A stretch of DNA of 63,577 bases, filler included, from Candidatus Rokuibacteriota bacterium (GCA_031406795.1; 7 parts of 7 records of this genome joined end to end with filler, not necessarily neighbours in it), one strand, 5' to 3'; positions 51,063 through 63,577 are shown, counted from the whole stretch's first letter. Notes: a model not told the origin generated them from the letters alone. Made by a program: numbers and translations.

Positions 51063-51528
51063 TCAACCGGCCGATTCGGCCGAGGCCGGCTGACCGGGAA
51101 CGAGCGACCAGGTTCTCTCCTGCGGTTCCGCCTCCGGTTGCGGATGCGTCTCGACGCTCGGGCATTCGTCCCCGACGTTGAAGCGCCCGACCTCCCCCAC
51201 GAGGCTCCCGGTCTGGCGAGTCAGCGCCTCCACGGCGTGGTTGAGCTCCGCGACACGCGCCGCGTTCTCCCCGGCGATACCGTTGACCTCGCCGACCGCG
51301 GACAGGACTTCCTCCAGTCCCCGACTCTGGTCGTGGGTGGCGGCGTCGATGCCGCCGGCGAGGATGCGCACGTTTTCCATGCGCCGGCTGACCGCGGCCG
51401 CCGCCTTGGCCTGCTCGGCGGCGCCGGTGCGCACCCGCCGGGCGATGTCGTCCAGGGCCGAGGCCGCCCCCGCGGCCCGCGAAACCGCCGCGCCGTGCCT
51501 GCCGACGGCTTCCCCGATCGTCTGCACC
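51063..51528 (-). CDS. Methyl-accepting chemotaxis protein C-terminal fragment
   Basis: Heptad signalling helices EQA..AV...ME.V, ATHDQS, ENAA, VGRF. Confidence 0.65.
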
Positions 51529-51775
51529 NNNNNNNNNNNNNNNNNNNNNNNNNNNNNNNNNNNNNNNNNNNNTTAATTAATTAANNNNNNNNNNNNNNNN
51601 NNNNNNNNNNNNNNNNNNNNNNNNNNNNCGACGGACGATCGACCCGGGAGTTCATAATCGATGTCGTCTCCGGCATGCTCTCGATGCTGCGGCGGCTGAT
51701 CGGCGAGGACATCGATCGGCCTGATGGAGGACCTGGCGCGCGCCGGCAAGAGCGGCGCAGCGGGCACCGCGCGGG

Positions 51776-52657
51776 CCGCGCGACGATGTCGAGGCCGTCG
51801 AGGATCGGCACGCCGCTGGAGATCAGCGTTCCCAGCGTGCGCGTGAACTTCGCGACCGAGACCTTGCGGATGATCATGCCGAACACCGGCAGCTTGAGCG
51901 CCATCGCGTCGGTCTGACGCTCGCCGGCTTTCGACCTCCGATAGCGCTTGAGCAGGAAGATCATGCCGACGATGCCGCCGATGATGACCCACCAGTAGCT
52001 CTGCAGGAACTTGCTCAGGTCGATGACCGACTGCGTGATGCCCGGGAGGGTGCCGCCGAAGTCCTGGAACATCTTCTCGAAGGTCGGGATGACGAAGATC
52101 AGCATCAGAAAGACGACGCCCACGGCGACGACGATGACGACCGTCGGATAGACCATCGCGCTCTTGACCTTCTTCTTGAGCGCCATGGACTTCTCGATGT
52201 ACGCCGCCAGTCGGTTGAGGATGGTGTCGAGGATACCGCCGGCCTCGCCCGCGGCAACCATGTTCACGTACAGGTCGGGGAACGCCTTGGGGTGCCGGCG
52301 CAGGGCCTCGGCGAACGTCGCGCCCCCCTCGACGTCGGTCCGGACCTTGTTGATCACCGTGGCGAACGTCTTGTTGTCGGACTGGCTGCCGAGGATCTCG
52401 AGACACTGCACCAGCGGCAGGCCGGCGTCGATCATCGTCGCGAACTGACGGGTGAAGGTCACCAGGTCCTTCTCTTTGACCTTGGGCTGCATCCCGGGAA
52501 TCTTGAACTCGAATTCCTTGGACTTGTCCTTGATCGTCGCACCGAGGACCCCCTGGCGCCGCAACTGGGCCGCGGCCGCGTTCATGTCCGCGGCTTCGAT
52601 TTCGCCCTTCTGGGCGGCGCCGGACCTGCTCTTGCCTGCAAATTTGAATACCGGCAT
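51776..52657 (-). CDS. pilC: Type IV pilus platform protein, 3'-truncated
   Basis: FTRQFATMIDAGLPL, GEAGGILD, SAMVYP, FTRTLGTLISSGVPI. Confidence 0.92.
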
Positions 52658-52701
52658 CGTGTTCCTCCCGCCTGCTCCCGGTCGCGCGTCCCCGCGTCAG
52701 C

Positions 52702-53808
52702 CTAACGTCGCTGGGCCGCGCCGGCGCCCGCCGCACCGGCCGCCCCGCGCTGGATCATCTGAGTCAGCTCCTCGGTGTCCGAGGAGCGCCCGATGCACTC
52801 GTCGTAGGTGATCTGACGCTTCGAATACAGCGCGTAGAGCGCCTGGTTCATCGTCTGCATCCCGAACTTTGTCTGCCCGGCCTGCATCATGCCGTAAATC
52901 TGATGGATCTTGTCCTCGCGGATCAGGTTGCGGATGGCGACATTCGGGATCATGACCTCGATCGCGCAGGCCCGGCCGTGGCCGCTGGCTTTCGGGATCA
53001 GCTGCTGGGAGATGACCCCCTCGAGCACGAACGAGAGCTGGGCCCGGACCTGCGACTGCTGGTGCTGCGGGAAGACGTCGATGATGCGGTTGATGCTCTG
53101 CAGGCAGGAGTTCGTGTGCAGCGTGGCAAAGCAGAGGTGCCCGGTCTCGGAGACGGTCAGCGCGGCCTCCATCGTCTCGAGGTCGCGCATCTCGCCGATC
53201 AGCACGACGTCGGGGTCCTGCCGCAGCACGTACTTGAGCGCCAGCTTGAAACTCTTCGTGTCGGCGTGCACCTCGCGCTGGTTCACGATGCACTTCTTGT
53301 GATGATGCAGATACTCGATCGGGTCCTCGACGGTCATGATGTGCTCGGCGCGCTCGTTGTTGATCTTGTCGAGCATCGCGGCCAGCGTCGTGGACTTGCC
53401 GCTGCCGGTCGGCCCGGTGACCAGCACCAGCCCCTTCGGCCTGTCGCACAGTTCGCTGATGATCCGCGGCAGGCCGAGCTCCTCGAAGGTCAGGATCTTG
53501 AACGGGATCGTCCGGATGGCCGCCGCGACGGCGCCGCGCTGCATGAAGATGTTGGCGCGAAAGCGCGAGAGACCCTTGACGCCGAAGGAGAGGTCGAGCT
53601 CGTCCTCTTCCTCGAACTTGTACTTCTGGGCGTCGGTGAGAATGCTGTAGCAGACGCGCTTGGTGTCGGCGGCCATCAGCGCTTCGACGTTTTTCACCGG
53701 GGTGATCGCGCCGTCGATGCGCATCATCGGCGCCGTCCCGGTGGTGATGTGGAGATCGGAAGCCCCCTTCTCGATCATCTCCTTGAGAAGTTCGTGCAAA
53801 CTGACCAT
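52702..53808 (-). CDS. pilT: Twitching-motility retraction ATPase
   Basis: ASDLH, GPTGSGKST, EDPIE, LRQDPD, AIRNLIRE. Confidence 0.96.
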   Translation of the reverse strand: MVSLHELLKEMIEKGASDLHITTGTAPMMRIDGAITPVKNVEALMAADTKRVCYSILTDAQKYKFEEEDELDLSFGVKGLSRFRANIFMQRGAVAAAIRTIPFKILTFEELGLPRIISELCDRPKGLVLVTGPTGSGKSTTLAAMLDKINNERAEHIMTVEDPIEYLHHHKKCIVNQREVHADTKSFKLALKYVLRQDPDVVLIGEMRDLETMEAALTVSETGHLCFATLHTNSCLQSINRIIDVFPQHQQSQVRAQLSFVLEGVISQQLIPKASGHGRACAIEVMIPNVAIRNLIREDKIHQIYGMMQAGQTKFGMQTMNQALYALYSKRQITYDECIGRSSDTEELTQMIQRGAAGAAGAGAAQRR

Positions 53809-53862
53809 GACGATCCCCCCGTGCGCAGCCCCAGCCGATGGCTTATTCTAGCAGATGAACCC

Positions 53863-55665
<1,803 letters not shown>

Positions 55666-55736
55666 AATTCCCCCAAGCTTCGACGATGCGGAAGGGTGCC
55701 CGTAACCTGTTTCACGGAGAGTGCCAATGTGCCCTT

Positions 55737-55765
55737 TCTATAATCCGCGCGGGCGAAAAAGTCAA
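55737..55765 (-). promoter_or_regulatory. sigma70-like promoter of pilB
   Basis: TTGACT-17 nt-TATAGA. Confidence 0.55.
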
Positions 55766-55787
55766 GAAGTGAGGACGCTTACACGCA

Positions 55788-56648
55788 TCATTCGGCACGC
55801 GCGGCCGCGTCCACCAGCGCCCGCCGCATGACGCCCGACGGCGCCTCCCGGCCGGTCCAGAGCGTGAAGGCGAGCGCCCCCTGGTGCAGGAGCATCTGCA
55901 GTCCGTCGACGGTCCGGGCGCCGCTGGCCCTGGCCGCGAGGAGCAGCGGGGTGCGCCGGGGATGGTAGACGATGTCCATCACGGTCTGGCCCCGCCGCAG
56001 CGCCGCGAGCGGCACCGGCAGCGGGTCATCCGGCCGGCCGCCCAGCGGGGTGGTGTTCACGATGACCTCGCAGCCCTCGACCTGTGGCGTCCAGTGCGCT
56101 CCTCCGCTTGCGACCGCGGCGATGTCGGGCGCAGGGAAATTCGCGCGCAGCGCGCGGCAGAGCGAGCGCGCCCGGGCGCCGGAGCGGTTGGCGATCAGCA
56201 GCGAGCGGCAGCCGCGGGCCAGGCAGGCGTACGCCACCGCGCGCGCCGCCCCTCCCGCGCCGACGATCAGCACCCGCGCGCCGCGCAGTTCGGTCCGCCC
56301 CTCGATCTCCAGGGCCAGGCGAAACCCCTCCGCGTCGGTGTTGTGCCCGATGAGCCGCCCGTCCCGGACGACGACCGTGTTGACCGCGCCGATCGCCCTG
56401 GCCTGCCGGTCGACCTCGTCGAGCAGCGATACGACCCGCTCCTTGTACGGGATGGTGACGTTGATCCCCCAAAACCCGAGCAGCGGCAGCGCACGCAGCA
56501 CGGGACGCAGTTGATCGGGGGCGATCTCGAAGGCCTGATAGCAGGCGTCGAACCCGGCACGCCGCAGCGCGGCCCGGTGCATGGCGGGAGAGAGCGACGC
56601 GCGCACCGGGTTGCCGACGATGCCGAGCAGCCCGGCCGGCCGCGGCAT
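55788..56648 (-). CDS. aroE: Shikimate dehydrogenase
   Basis: SLSPAMH, NVTIPYK, GAVNT, NTD, GAGGAARA, MLLHQG. Confidence 0.95.
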   Translation of the reverse strand: MPRPAGLLGIVGNPVRASLSPAMHRAALRRAGFDACYQAFEIAPDQLRPVLRALPLLGFWGINVTIPYKERVVSLLDEVDRQARAIGAVNTVVVRDGRLIGHNTDAEGFRLALEIEGRTELRGARVLIVGAGGAARAVAYACLARGCRSLLIANRSGARARSLCRALRANFPAPDIAAVASGGAHWTPQVEGCEVIVNTTPLGGRPDDPLPVPLAALRRGQTVMDIVYHPRRTPLLLAARASGARTVDGLQMLLHQGALAFTLWTGREAPSGVMRRALVDAAARAE

Positions 56649-56682
56649 CACGCCTCGCTGCGGCGGAGCACTGAGCGCCCCG

Positions 56683-58125
56683 CTAGCCGAGGACGGCCTT
56701 GGCGGCAATTTCGATGAAGACGCGCGGCACGACGCCGGCGATCGCGGTGCCGACGGCCGCAAGGAGGATCATGGAGGTCAGCAGGCAGAACCCGGTCGGC
56801 GAGGCCGCGCCTTCCGCGCCATCGGGATCGGGCAGCAGGTACAGCGCATAGACCGCGCGCAGGTAGTAGTAGGCGCCGATCGCGCTGCCGAGCAGGGCCA
56901 CCACGACCAGACCCTGATAGCCGGCGCGCCAGCCTTCGAGGAAGACCCAGAACTTCGCGGGGAACCCGGCCGTGGGCGGGATGCCGGCGAGCGAGAGCAG
57001 GAACAGCGCGAACAGCCCCCCCATCAGCGGATAACGCCGGCCGAAACCGGCCAGATCGCGCCACGCGAGCTCCGTGCCGGTCGCGCGCTCGAACCAGAGC
57101 AGCGCGCCGAAGGCGCCGAGATTCATGAAGGCGTACGCGAGCAGATAGAACGCCAGCGGCCCCGACGCCTCGGGGCTGTTCCCGGATGACACCACGGCGA
57201 TCAGCAGATAGCCGACGTGCGCCACGCTCGAGTAGGCGAGCATGCGCTTGAGGTTCTCCTGCGCCAGCGCGGCGAGATTCCCCCAGAGAATCGTCAGCGC
57301 GGCCAGCGACCACCAGACCGGGCCCCAGAGCGCGAACCACCCGGGAAAACCTGCGGCGAAGATCCGGGTGGCGACCGCGAGCACGGCGACCTTCGGCCCG
57401 ACGGCGAGATACCCGGCCACCGGCGTCGGCGCGCCCTCGAGCACATCGGGCATCCACATCTGGAACGGCGCGGCCCCCATCTTGAACGCCAGACCGCAGG
57501 CGATGAACGCGAGCCCCGCGAGCACGAGCGAGTCGGACGCGCCGCCGCGCGCCACCGTGGCCAGGCGCTCCAGCCCGGTGGCCCCGGTGGCCCCGTAGAC
57601 CAGCGAGATCCCATACATCAGCAGCGCCGACGCGAAGAGCCCGGAGATCACGTATTTGAGGGCGCCCTCGGTGGTGCTCGCGCGGGCCCAGGTGAAACCC
57701 GCGAGGATGTAGAAACTCACGGCCATCAGTTCGAGCCCGAGCAGGATCACGATCAGATCGATGCCCGAGACCATGATCATCATCCCGACGGCGGCCAGCA
57801 GCACCAGGATCACGAACTCGCCGCCGGCCTTGGAACGCCGGCCGATCTCCTCGATGGACATCAGCAGCGAGAGAGCGGCGGCCAGCAGGATCACGGACTT
57901 GAAGACCACGGAGAGCCGGTCGCCCGACCAGAGGCCGGCCAGCATTTCCGACGACACTGCAGCGGTGGCGGGGAGGAGTACGAAGGCGGCGGCGAGCGAC
58001 GCCAGACCGATGACGGCCTTGGCCATCAGACCGCGCGCGGGCCAGATGCTCTCGAGCACCGTGATCAGGACGACGCCGCCCAGCAGCAGGAGCTCCGGGC
58101 CGCAGGCCGTCAGGATGTCGTTCAT
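56683..58125 (-). CDS. nuoN: NADH-quinone oxidoreductase subunit N
   Basis: EGALKY, FKMGAAPFQMWMPDVLEGAPT, KRMLAYSS, AGIPPTAGF. Confidence 0.93.
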   Translation of the reverse strand: MNDILTACGPELLLLGGVVLITVLESIWPARGLMAKAVIGLASLAAAFVLLPATAAVSSEMLAGLWSGDRLSVVFKSVILLAAALSLLMSIEEIGRRSKAGGEFVILVLLAAVGMMIMVSGIDLIVILLGLELMAVSFYILAGFTWARASTTEGALKYVISGLFASALLMYGISLVYGATGATGLERLATVARGGASDSLVLAGLAFIACGLAFKMGAAPFQMWMPDVLEGAPTPVAGYLAVGPKVAVLAVATRIFAAGFPGWFALWGPVWWSLAALTILWGNLAALAQENLKRMLAYSSVAHVGYLLIAVVSSGNSPEASGPLAFYLLAYAFMNLGAFGALLWFERATGTELAWRDLAGFGRRYPLMGGLFALFLLSLAGIPPTAGFPAKFWVFLEGWRAGYQGLVVVALLGSAIGAYYYLRAVYALYLLPDPDGAEGAASPTGFCLLTSMILLAAVGTAIAGVVPRVFIEIAAKAVLG

Positions 58126-58174
58126 TGCCGCCCCCTCGCTTCACTCATTGACTTCAACCGCCCCCGGCGTGGCA

Positions 58175-59650
58175 TCAGCGGGAGAGCAGCGCCGGAATGG
58201 CGCTCTCGATGACCTGCAGGAACGGCCGCGGCGCGACGCCGACCCAGATCGTGAAGACCACGAGCGGGGCCAGCGCGAGGACCTCGAGCGTCGTGAGGTC
58301 GCCGAGCCCCGCGTACTTCTCCGGCAGAGTCCCGAAGATGACGCGCTGCAGCATCCAGAGCAGATAGGCCGCTCCGAGCACGATCCCGACCGCGACGCCC
58401 ACGGCAAATGCCGGGGCCGCCGCGAAGACCCCGATCAGGATCAGGAACTCGCCGACGAAGCCGGCCAGACCGGGCAGGCCGAGCGACGCCAGCGCGAAAA
58501 ACGCCAGTACGGTCGCGTAGACCGGCATCCGGTGCGCCAGGCCGCCGAGCAGCGGGATCGAACGCTGGTGCGTCCGCTCGTAGATCATGCCGACGCAGAG
58601 GAAGAGCGCACCGGTGATCAGGCCGTGACCGATCATCTGGAGAACCGCGCCGGCCTCCCCGCGCGGATCGAAGGAGAAGATCCCCGCGACGACGAACCCG
58701 AGGTGGGAGATCGAGGAGTAGGCGATGAGTTTCTTCAGGTCGTCCTGCGCGAGCGCCAGCACGGCGCCGTAGATGATGCCCACGACCGCCAGCGTCAGCA
58801 CCTCCGGCGCGAAATAGCGGCTGGCGTCGGGGAACAGCGGCAGCGAGAAGCGCATCAGGCCGTACGTGCCCATCTTGAGCAGCACGCCGGCGAGCACCAC
58901 CGAACCCGCCGTCGGCGCCTCGACGTGGGCGTCGGGCAGCCAGGTGTGAAACGGCACCAGCGGCACCTTGATGGCGAACGCGACGAAGAAGCCGAGGAAC
59001 GCCCAGACCTGCAGCTGCGGCGGGTACGAGAGCTGCGTGAGCGCAACCAGGTCGAAGGTGTAGACGCCGGTGCGCGCGCCGTGGTGCAGATAGACGGCGA
59101 TCATCGCCGCGAGCATCAGCAGGCTGCCGGCCAGCGTGTACAGGAAGAACTTCACCGACGCGTAGATCCGCCGTGGCCCGCCCCAGATGCCGATCAGCAG
59201 GAACATCGGGATCAGCATCGCCTCCCAGAAGATGTAGAAGAGCATCAGATCGAGGGCGACGAAGACGCCGGTCAGACCGGCCTGAAGGAAGAGCAGCGTG
59301 ATGTAATAGGCTTTTTCGCGGATGCGAACGTGCTGCATCGAGAAGAGCACCACCACCGGGCCGAGCAGCGCGGTCAGCAGCACCAGCAGCAGACTCAGAC
59401 CGTCGACCCCGAGATGATATTCGGCGCCGATGGTCGGGATCCAGCCGAGCCGCTCGACGAACTGGAAGCCCGCGTGCGTCTCGAAGCCGCACCAGAGCCC
59501 GACGGAGACGCCGAAGACCGCCAGCGTCACCGCGAGGGAGAGCCCGCGCGCCAGTCGCACGCGCGACTGCGGCAGCAGAGCCAGAAGCAGCGCGCCGGCC
59601 ACGGGCCCGAAAACCAGCACGCTCAGCATCGGAAACGGCGAAGCGTTCAC
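58175..59650 (-). CDS. nuoM: NADH-quinone oxidoreductase subunit M
   Basis: FYIFWE, KFFLYT, PFHTWLPDAHVEAP, LLKMG; GTG start overlaps the nuoL TGA. Confidence 0.94.
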   Translation of the reverse strand: MNASPFPMLSVLVFGPVAGALLLALLPQSRVRLARGLSLAVTLAVFGVSVGLWCGFETHAGFQFVERLGWIPTIGAEYHLGVDGLSLLLVLLTALLGPVVVLFSMQHVRIREKAYYITLLFLQAGLTGVFVALDLMLFYIFWEAMLIPMFLLIGIWGGPRRIYASVKFFLYTLAGSLLMLAAMIAVYLHHGARTGVYTFDLVALTQLSYPPQLQVWAFLGFFVAFAIKVPLVPFHTWLPDAHVEAPTAGSVVLAGVLLKMGTYGLMRFSLPLFPDASRYFAPEVLTLAVVGIIYGAVLALAQDDLKKLIAYSSISHLGFVVAGIFSFDPRGEAGAVLQMIGHGLITGALFLCVGMIYERTHQRSIPLLGGLAHRMPVYATVLAFFALASLGLPGLAGFVGEFLILIGVFAAAPAFAVGVAVGIVLGAAYLLWMLQRVIFGTLPEKYAGLGDLTTLEVLALAPLVVFTIWVGVAPRPFLQVIESAIPALLSR

Positions 59651-60650
59651 GTTCTCCCCCCGAGCCACAGCAGGACGCCGAGAACGGCGACCAGTCCAAG
59701 CGCCATGAAAAGCAGATAGTCGCGGACCTTGCCGGTTTGCAGCCGGGCCAGCGCCGCGCCCCAGCCGCGCGCGGTGTCGGCGACGCCGTTCACGATGCCG
59801 TCGATCACGTCGAGATCGAAGCGCAGCGCCCAGCGCGCCGTGGCCAGCAGCGGGCGGACGATCGCCGCCGCGTAGATCTCGTCGACGTAGAATTTGTTCA
59901 GCGACAACGCGTAAAGGCGCGGCCACGACGCCGCGATGCGCCCCGGGTCGACAAGGCCCTTCTGATAGGTCACCCAGGCGAAGGTCAGCCCGCCGAGCGC
60001 GACCACGATCGCCAGGGCCTCGGCCAGATGCGCCCCGGGGACCTCCGCATGTTCGGCGGACGGCAGCACGCGGCCGAGGAACTCGCCGAACCCGTGCTCA
60101 AGCGGCCAGCCCGCGACGAAGGACATCACCGCGAGGATGACCAGCGGCGCGAGCATCACCCAGGGCGATTCGTGCACGCCGCCGTGGCCGTGCCCGCCGT
60201 GATCCGCGGCGTCGTGCCCGCCGTGCGACGCGGCCGCGGGCGCCGGGTGCAGCGCGTCGGCGTCGCGCCTGCCGAAGAACACCGAGAAGACGGCGCGGAA
60301 GACGTAGAAGGCCGTTCCGCCGGCGGCGAGCACGGCGAAGCCGAAGAGGACGTAGTGGTGCCCCGCGAAGGCGGCTCCGAGGATCATCTCCTTGCTGAAG
60401 AAGCCGGCGAACGGGAAGATGCCGGCCAGCGCCAGCGAGCCGACGACGAAGGTGGTCGTCGTCCAGGGGATGTGCCGGGCGAGCCGCCCCTGGCGCGTGA
60501 TGTCGCAGTCCCCGCCGATCGCGTGCATGACGCTGCCCGACCCGAGGAAGAGCAGCGCCTTGAAAAAGGCGTGGGTGAAGAGGTGGAAGATCGCCCCGAC
60601 CCACGCGCCCACGCCGAGCCCCAGGAACATGAAGCCGAGCTGGCTCACCG
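59647..60650 (-). CDS. nuoL: NADH-quinone oxidoreductase subunit L, 5'-truncated
   Basis: SQLGFM, HLFTHAFFKALLFL, AGFFSKE, KFYVDEIY, LQTG. Confidence 0.93.
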
Positions 60651-60750
60651 NNNNNNNNNNNNNNNNNNNNNNNNNNNNNNNNNNNNNNNNNNNNTTAATT
60701 AATTAANNNNNNNNNNNNNNNNNNNNNNNNNNNNNNNNNNNNNNNNNNNN

Positions 60751-61407
60751 TCCGCGAACCCGGAGCTGGTGCGCCAGCTGGCGTCCAACGCGAATAAGGC
60801 GGAGCTGGCGTCCGCGCAGCGCCTGCGCGCAGCCGAGGACGAGTTGCGCGACGTCGCCGCCCGCCTCGAACTGCAAGGGGAACGCGGCCTCTTCGATGCC
60901 CGCGAAAACGCCCTTTCGCGACTGGAGCACGTACAGCGGGACCACCGCAGCCTCACGGCGCGCGCGGCGGCAGCCCGTCTGCTCTTCGAGACCTTCCGGG
61001 ATGCGCGGGATGACTCCCGCCGCGCCTACCAGGCGCCTCTGCGCGACAAGATCGTCTCCCTGGGGCGCTTCGTCTTCGACGAGACGTTCGGCGTCGAACT
61101 CGACGAGGACCTCGCCATCGGCACCCGGACCCTGGGGGGCGTGACCCTTCCCTTCGACAGCCTCAGCGTCGGCGCCCAAGAGCAGCTCTCCCTCATCGCC
61201 CGCCTCGCCTGCGCCCTCCTCGTCAGTCAGGACGACGGCGTCCCCCTGATCCTGGACGACACCCTCGGCCACTGCGACCCCGCGCGGCTCGAAGGCATGG
61301 GCGCTCTCCTGAGCTTCGCCGCACGGTGGTGCCAGATCATCGTGCTGACCTGTACTTACACGCGCTTCCGGCACGTGGGCGACGCCAAACTCGTCACACT
61401 GCAGTGA
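60751..61407 (+). CDS. SMC/Rad50-like (YhaN-type) ATPase, C-terminal part
   Basis: Coiled coil, then LSVGAQEQL signature, PLILDD Walker B, IIVLTC. Confidence 0.78.
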   Translation, partial: SANPELVRQLASNANKAELASAQRLRAAEDELRDVAARLELQGERGLFDARENALSRLEHVQRDHRSLTARAAAARLLFETFRDARDDSRRAYQAPLRDKIVSLGRFVFDETFGVELDEDLAIGTRTLGGVTLPFDSLSVGAQEQLSLIARLACALLVSQDDGVPLILDDTLGHCDPARLEGMGALLSFAARWCQIIVLTCTYTRFRHVGDAKLVTLQ

Positions 61408-61521
61408 ATCGGGAGCGTGTTGGCTTCGTGGAATCGAGTAAGTAACAGAGTTCAGCCAGTCCCGTGCTAACATCCCCCGCGGGAAGTCGCGTGGCTGTAC
61501 CCTGAACCGGCAAGGAGGCCC

Positions 61522-63577
61522 ATGGCCCTCAAGAAGTCCGAGCTCTATTCCTCCCTCTGGGCCGGCTGCGACGAGCTGCGCGGCGGCATGGACGCCAGCC
61601 AGTACAAGGACTACGTCCTCGTGCTGCTCTTCATCAAGTACGTCAGCGACAAGTACGCCGGCGTCCCCTACGCGCCGATCACGATCCCCAAGGGCGCGAG
61701 CTTCAAGGACATGGCCGCGCTCAAGGGCGCGCCCGACATCGGCGACCGGATCAACAAGCAGATCGTCGCCCCGCTGGCCAACGCCAACAAGCTCGCCGAC
61801 ATGCCGGACTTCAACGACGCCACGAAGCTCGGCAGCGGCAAGGAGATGGTCGAGCGGCTCACGAACCTGATCGCCATCTTCGAGAACAAGGCGCTCGACT
61901 TCTCGAAGAACCGGGCCGAGGGCGACGACATCCTCGGCGACGCCTACGAGTACCTGATGCGCCACTTCGCCACCGAGAGCGGCAAGAGCAAGGGACAGTT
62001 CTACACCCCGGCCGAGGTCAGCCGCGTCATCGCGAAGATCATCGGCATCCGCGAGGCGAAGACCACCAGCGCCACCACCGTCTACGACCCGACCTGCGGC
62101 TCCGGCTCGCTGCTGCTCAAGGTCGGCGACGAGGCCCGCACCGAAGTCACCCTCTACGGGCAGGAGAAGGACGCCGCCACCAGCGGCCTGGCCCGGATGA
62201 ACATGATCCTGCACGACAACCCCACCGCGCTGATCGCGCAGGGGAACACGCTGGCCGACCCCAAGTTCAAGGACGGCGGCGCGCTCAAGACCTTCGACTT
62301 CGTCGTCGCCAACCCGCCGTTCAGCGACAAGCGCTGGAGCACTGGCCTCGACCCGCTGCACGACCCCTTCGATCGCTTCCTGCCCTTCGGCACACCGCCG
62401 GCGAAGCAGGGTGACTACGCCTACCTGCTGCACATCGTCCGCTCGCTCAGGAGCACCGGCCAGGGCGCCTGCATTCTGCCGCACGGCGTGCTCTTCCGCG
62501 GCAACGCCGAGGCCGACATCCGCCGCGCGCTCCTGCGCAAGGGCTACCTGAAGGGGATCATCGGCCTGCCCGCCAACCTCTTCTACGGCACCGGCATTCC
62601 CGCCTGCATCGTCGTCGTCGACAAGAAGGACGCCGCCGCCCGCGCCGGGGTCTTCATGATCGACGCGAGCGGCGGCTTCATCAAGGACGGCCCGAAGAAC
62701 CGCCTGCGCGAGCGAGACATCCACAAGATCGTCGACGTCTTCACGCGCCGCCTCGAGGTGCCGAAGTACTCCCGCCTGGTCCCCCTCGCGGAGATCGAGA
62801 AGAACGACTTCAACCTCAACCTCCCGCGCTACATCGACAGCCAGACGCCGGAGGACCGCCAGGACATCGAGGGCCACCTGAAGGGCGGGATCCCCGCCGC
62901 CGACGTCGACGCCCTGCGGCAGTACTGGGACGTCTGCCCGCGGCTGCGCAAGGCGCTCTTTGCGCCGAACCGCCCCGGCTACGTCGACCTCGCCGTGGAG
63001 AAGTCGGCGATCAAGGCCACGATCCACGGGCACCCGGAGTTCACCACCTTCATCGCGGGGATGAACGCCCACTTCGCCGCCTGGCGCCAGACGTCCGCCG
63101 CGTCGCTCCGGAAGCTCAAGCCCGGCAGCCACCCCAAGGACGTGATCGCCGCGCTCTCCGAGGACCTGCTCGCCCATTATCTCGGCCGGCCGCTGATCGA
63201 CCCCTACGCCGTCTACCAGCACCTGATGGACTACTGGGCCGCGACGATGCAGGACGACTGCTACCTGATCGCCGCCGACGGCTGGAAGGCCGAGTCCTCG
63301 CGCATCGTCGAGAAGGACAAGAAGGGTAAGGAGAAGGACCGCGGCTGGAGCTGCGACCTCGTCCCCAAGCCGCTGATCATCGCCCGCTACTTCCCCAGGG
63401 AGCAGGAGGCGCTCACCGGGCTGGAGGCGGAGCTGGAATCCGTCACCGCCCGCCTGGCCGAGCTGGAGGAGGAGCACGGTGGCGAGGAGGGCGCCTTCTC
63501 CGAGCTGGAGAAGGTGAACAAGGCCACCGTCGCCGCCCGCCTCAAGGAGATCAAGGGCGACAAGGAGGCGAAGGAGG
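61522..63577 (+). CDS. hsdM: Type I restriction-modification methyltransferase, 3'-truncated; absent from the ORF track
   Basis: AAGGAGG SD; MALKKSELYSSLWAGCDELRGGMD, GQFYTP, VYDPTCGSG, ANPPF, PHGVLFRG. Confidence 0.95.
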   Translation, partial: MALKKSELYSSLWAGCDELRGGMDASQYKDYVLVLLFIKYVSDKYAGVPYAPITIPKGASFKDMAALKGAPDIGDRINKQIVAPLANANKLADMPDFNDATKLGSGKEMVERLTNLIAIFENKALDFSKNRAEGDDILGDAYEYLMRHFATESGKSKGQFYTPAEVSRVIAKIIGIREAKTTSATTVYDPTCGSGSLLLKVGDEARTEVTLYGQEKDAATSGLARMNMILHDNPTALIAQGNTLADPKFKDGGALKTFDFVVANPPFSDKRWSTGLDPLHDPFDRFLPFGTPPAKQGDYAYLLHIVRSLRSTGQGACILPHGVLFRGNAEADIRRALLRKGYLKGIIGLPANLFYGTGIPACIVVVDKKDAAARAGVFMIDASGGFIKDGPKNRLRERDIHKIVDVFTRRLEVPKYSRLVPLAEIEKNDFNLNLPRYIDSQTPEDRQDIEGHLKGGIPAADVDALRQYWDVCPRLRKALFAPNRPGYVDLAVEKSAIKATIHGHPEFTTFIAGMNAHFAAWRQTSAASLRKLKPGSHPKDVIAALSEDLLAHYLGRPLIDPYAVYQHLMDYWAATMQDDCYLIAADGWKAESSRIVEKDKKGKEKDRGWSCDLVPKPLIIARYFPREQEALTGLEAELESVTARLAELEEEHGGEEGAFSELEKVNKATVAARLKEIKGDKEAKE

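Noticed and set aside
60703-63477. 924-aa minus-strand ORF
   Set aside because: Antisense shadow of hsdM and the ATPase, caused by high GC3

Overview
High-GC bacterial draft assembly. Seven contigs (1-4536, 4637-17967, 18068-36356, 36457-38149, 38250-51528, 51629-60650, 60751-63577) are joined by artificial N/TTAATTAATTAA linkers, so adjacency across linkers means nothing. Gene content (aroE-pilB-pilT-pilC, mitochondrial-type EF-G, hom-apgM, sigma54 systems) suggests a Desulfobacterota/Nitrospirota-like organism (inference). Housekeeping genes: aroF, ssrA/smpB, hom, lipA, fusA, uppP, ftsK, speA, pyk, aroE, nuoLMN and type IV pilus genes. Most notable: (1) a sigma54/IHF-type promoter ahead of a helical lipoprotein with a Lys-rich C-terminus, two L,D-transpeptidases and a catalytically dead-looking YkuD-like protein, next to a two-component system, a candidate undescribed outer-membrane-to-peptidoglycan tethering system; (2) a ptxABCD phosphite uptake/oxidation operon in a phosphorus-scavenging island with a secreted PHP hydrolase, a phn-type acetyltransferase, a PIN-deleted PhoH and a glgP remnant; (3) two families of dispersed structured intergenic elements, one with clear compensatory base changes, plus a MITE with an 8-bp target duplication and GTAG-type REPs; (4) a propeller-transglutaminase-TPR / FecR-like / CHASE2 module; (5) an EF-G + RecA-fold ATPase + SLOG-like cluster; (6) the start of a type I R-M locus. 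No CRISPR, rRNA or tRNA seen. All family assignments come from motif recognition, not database searches.
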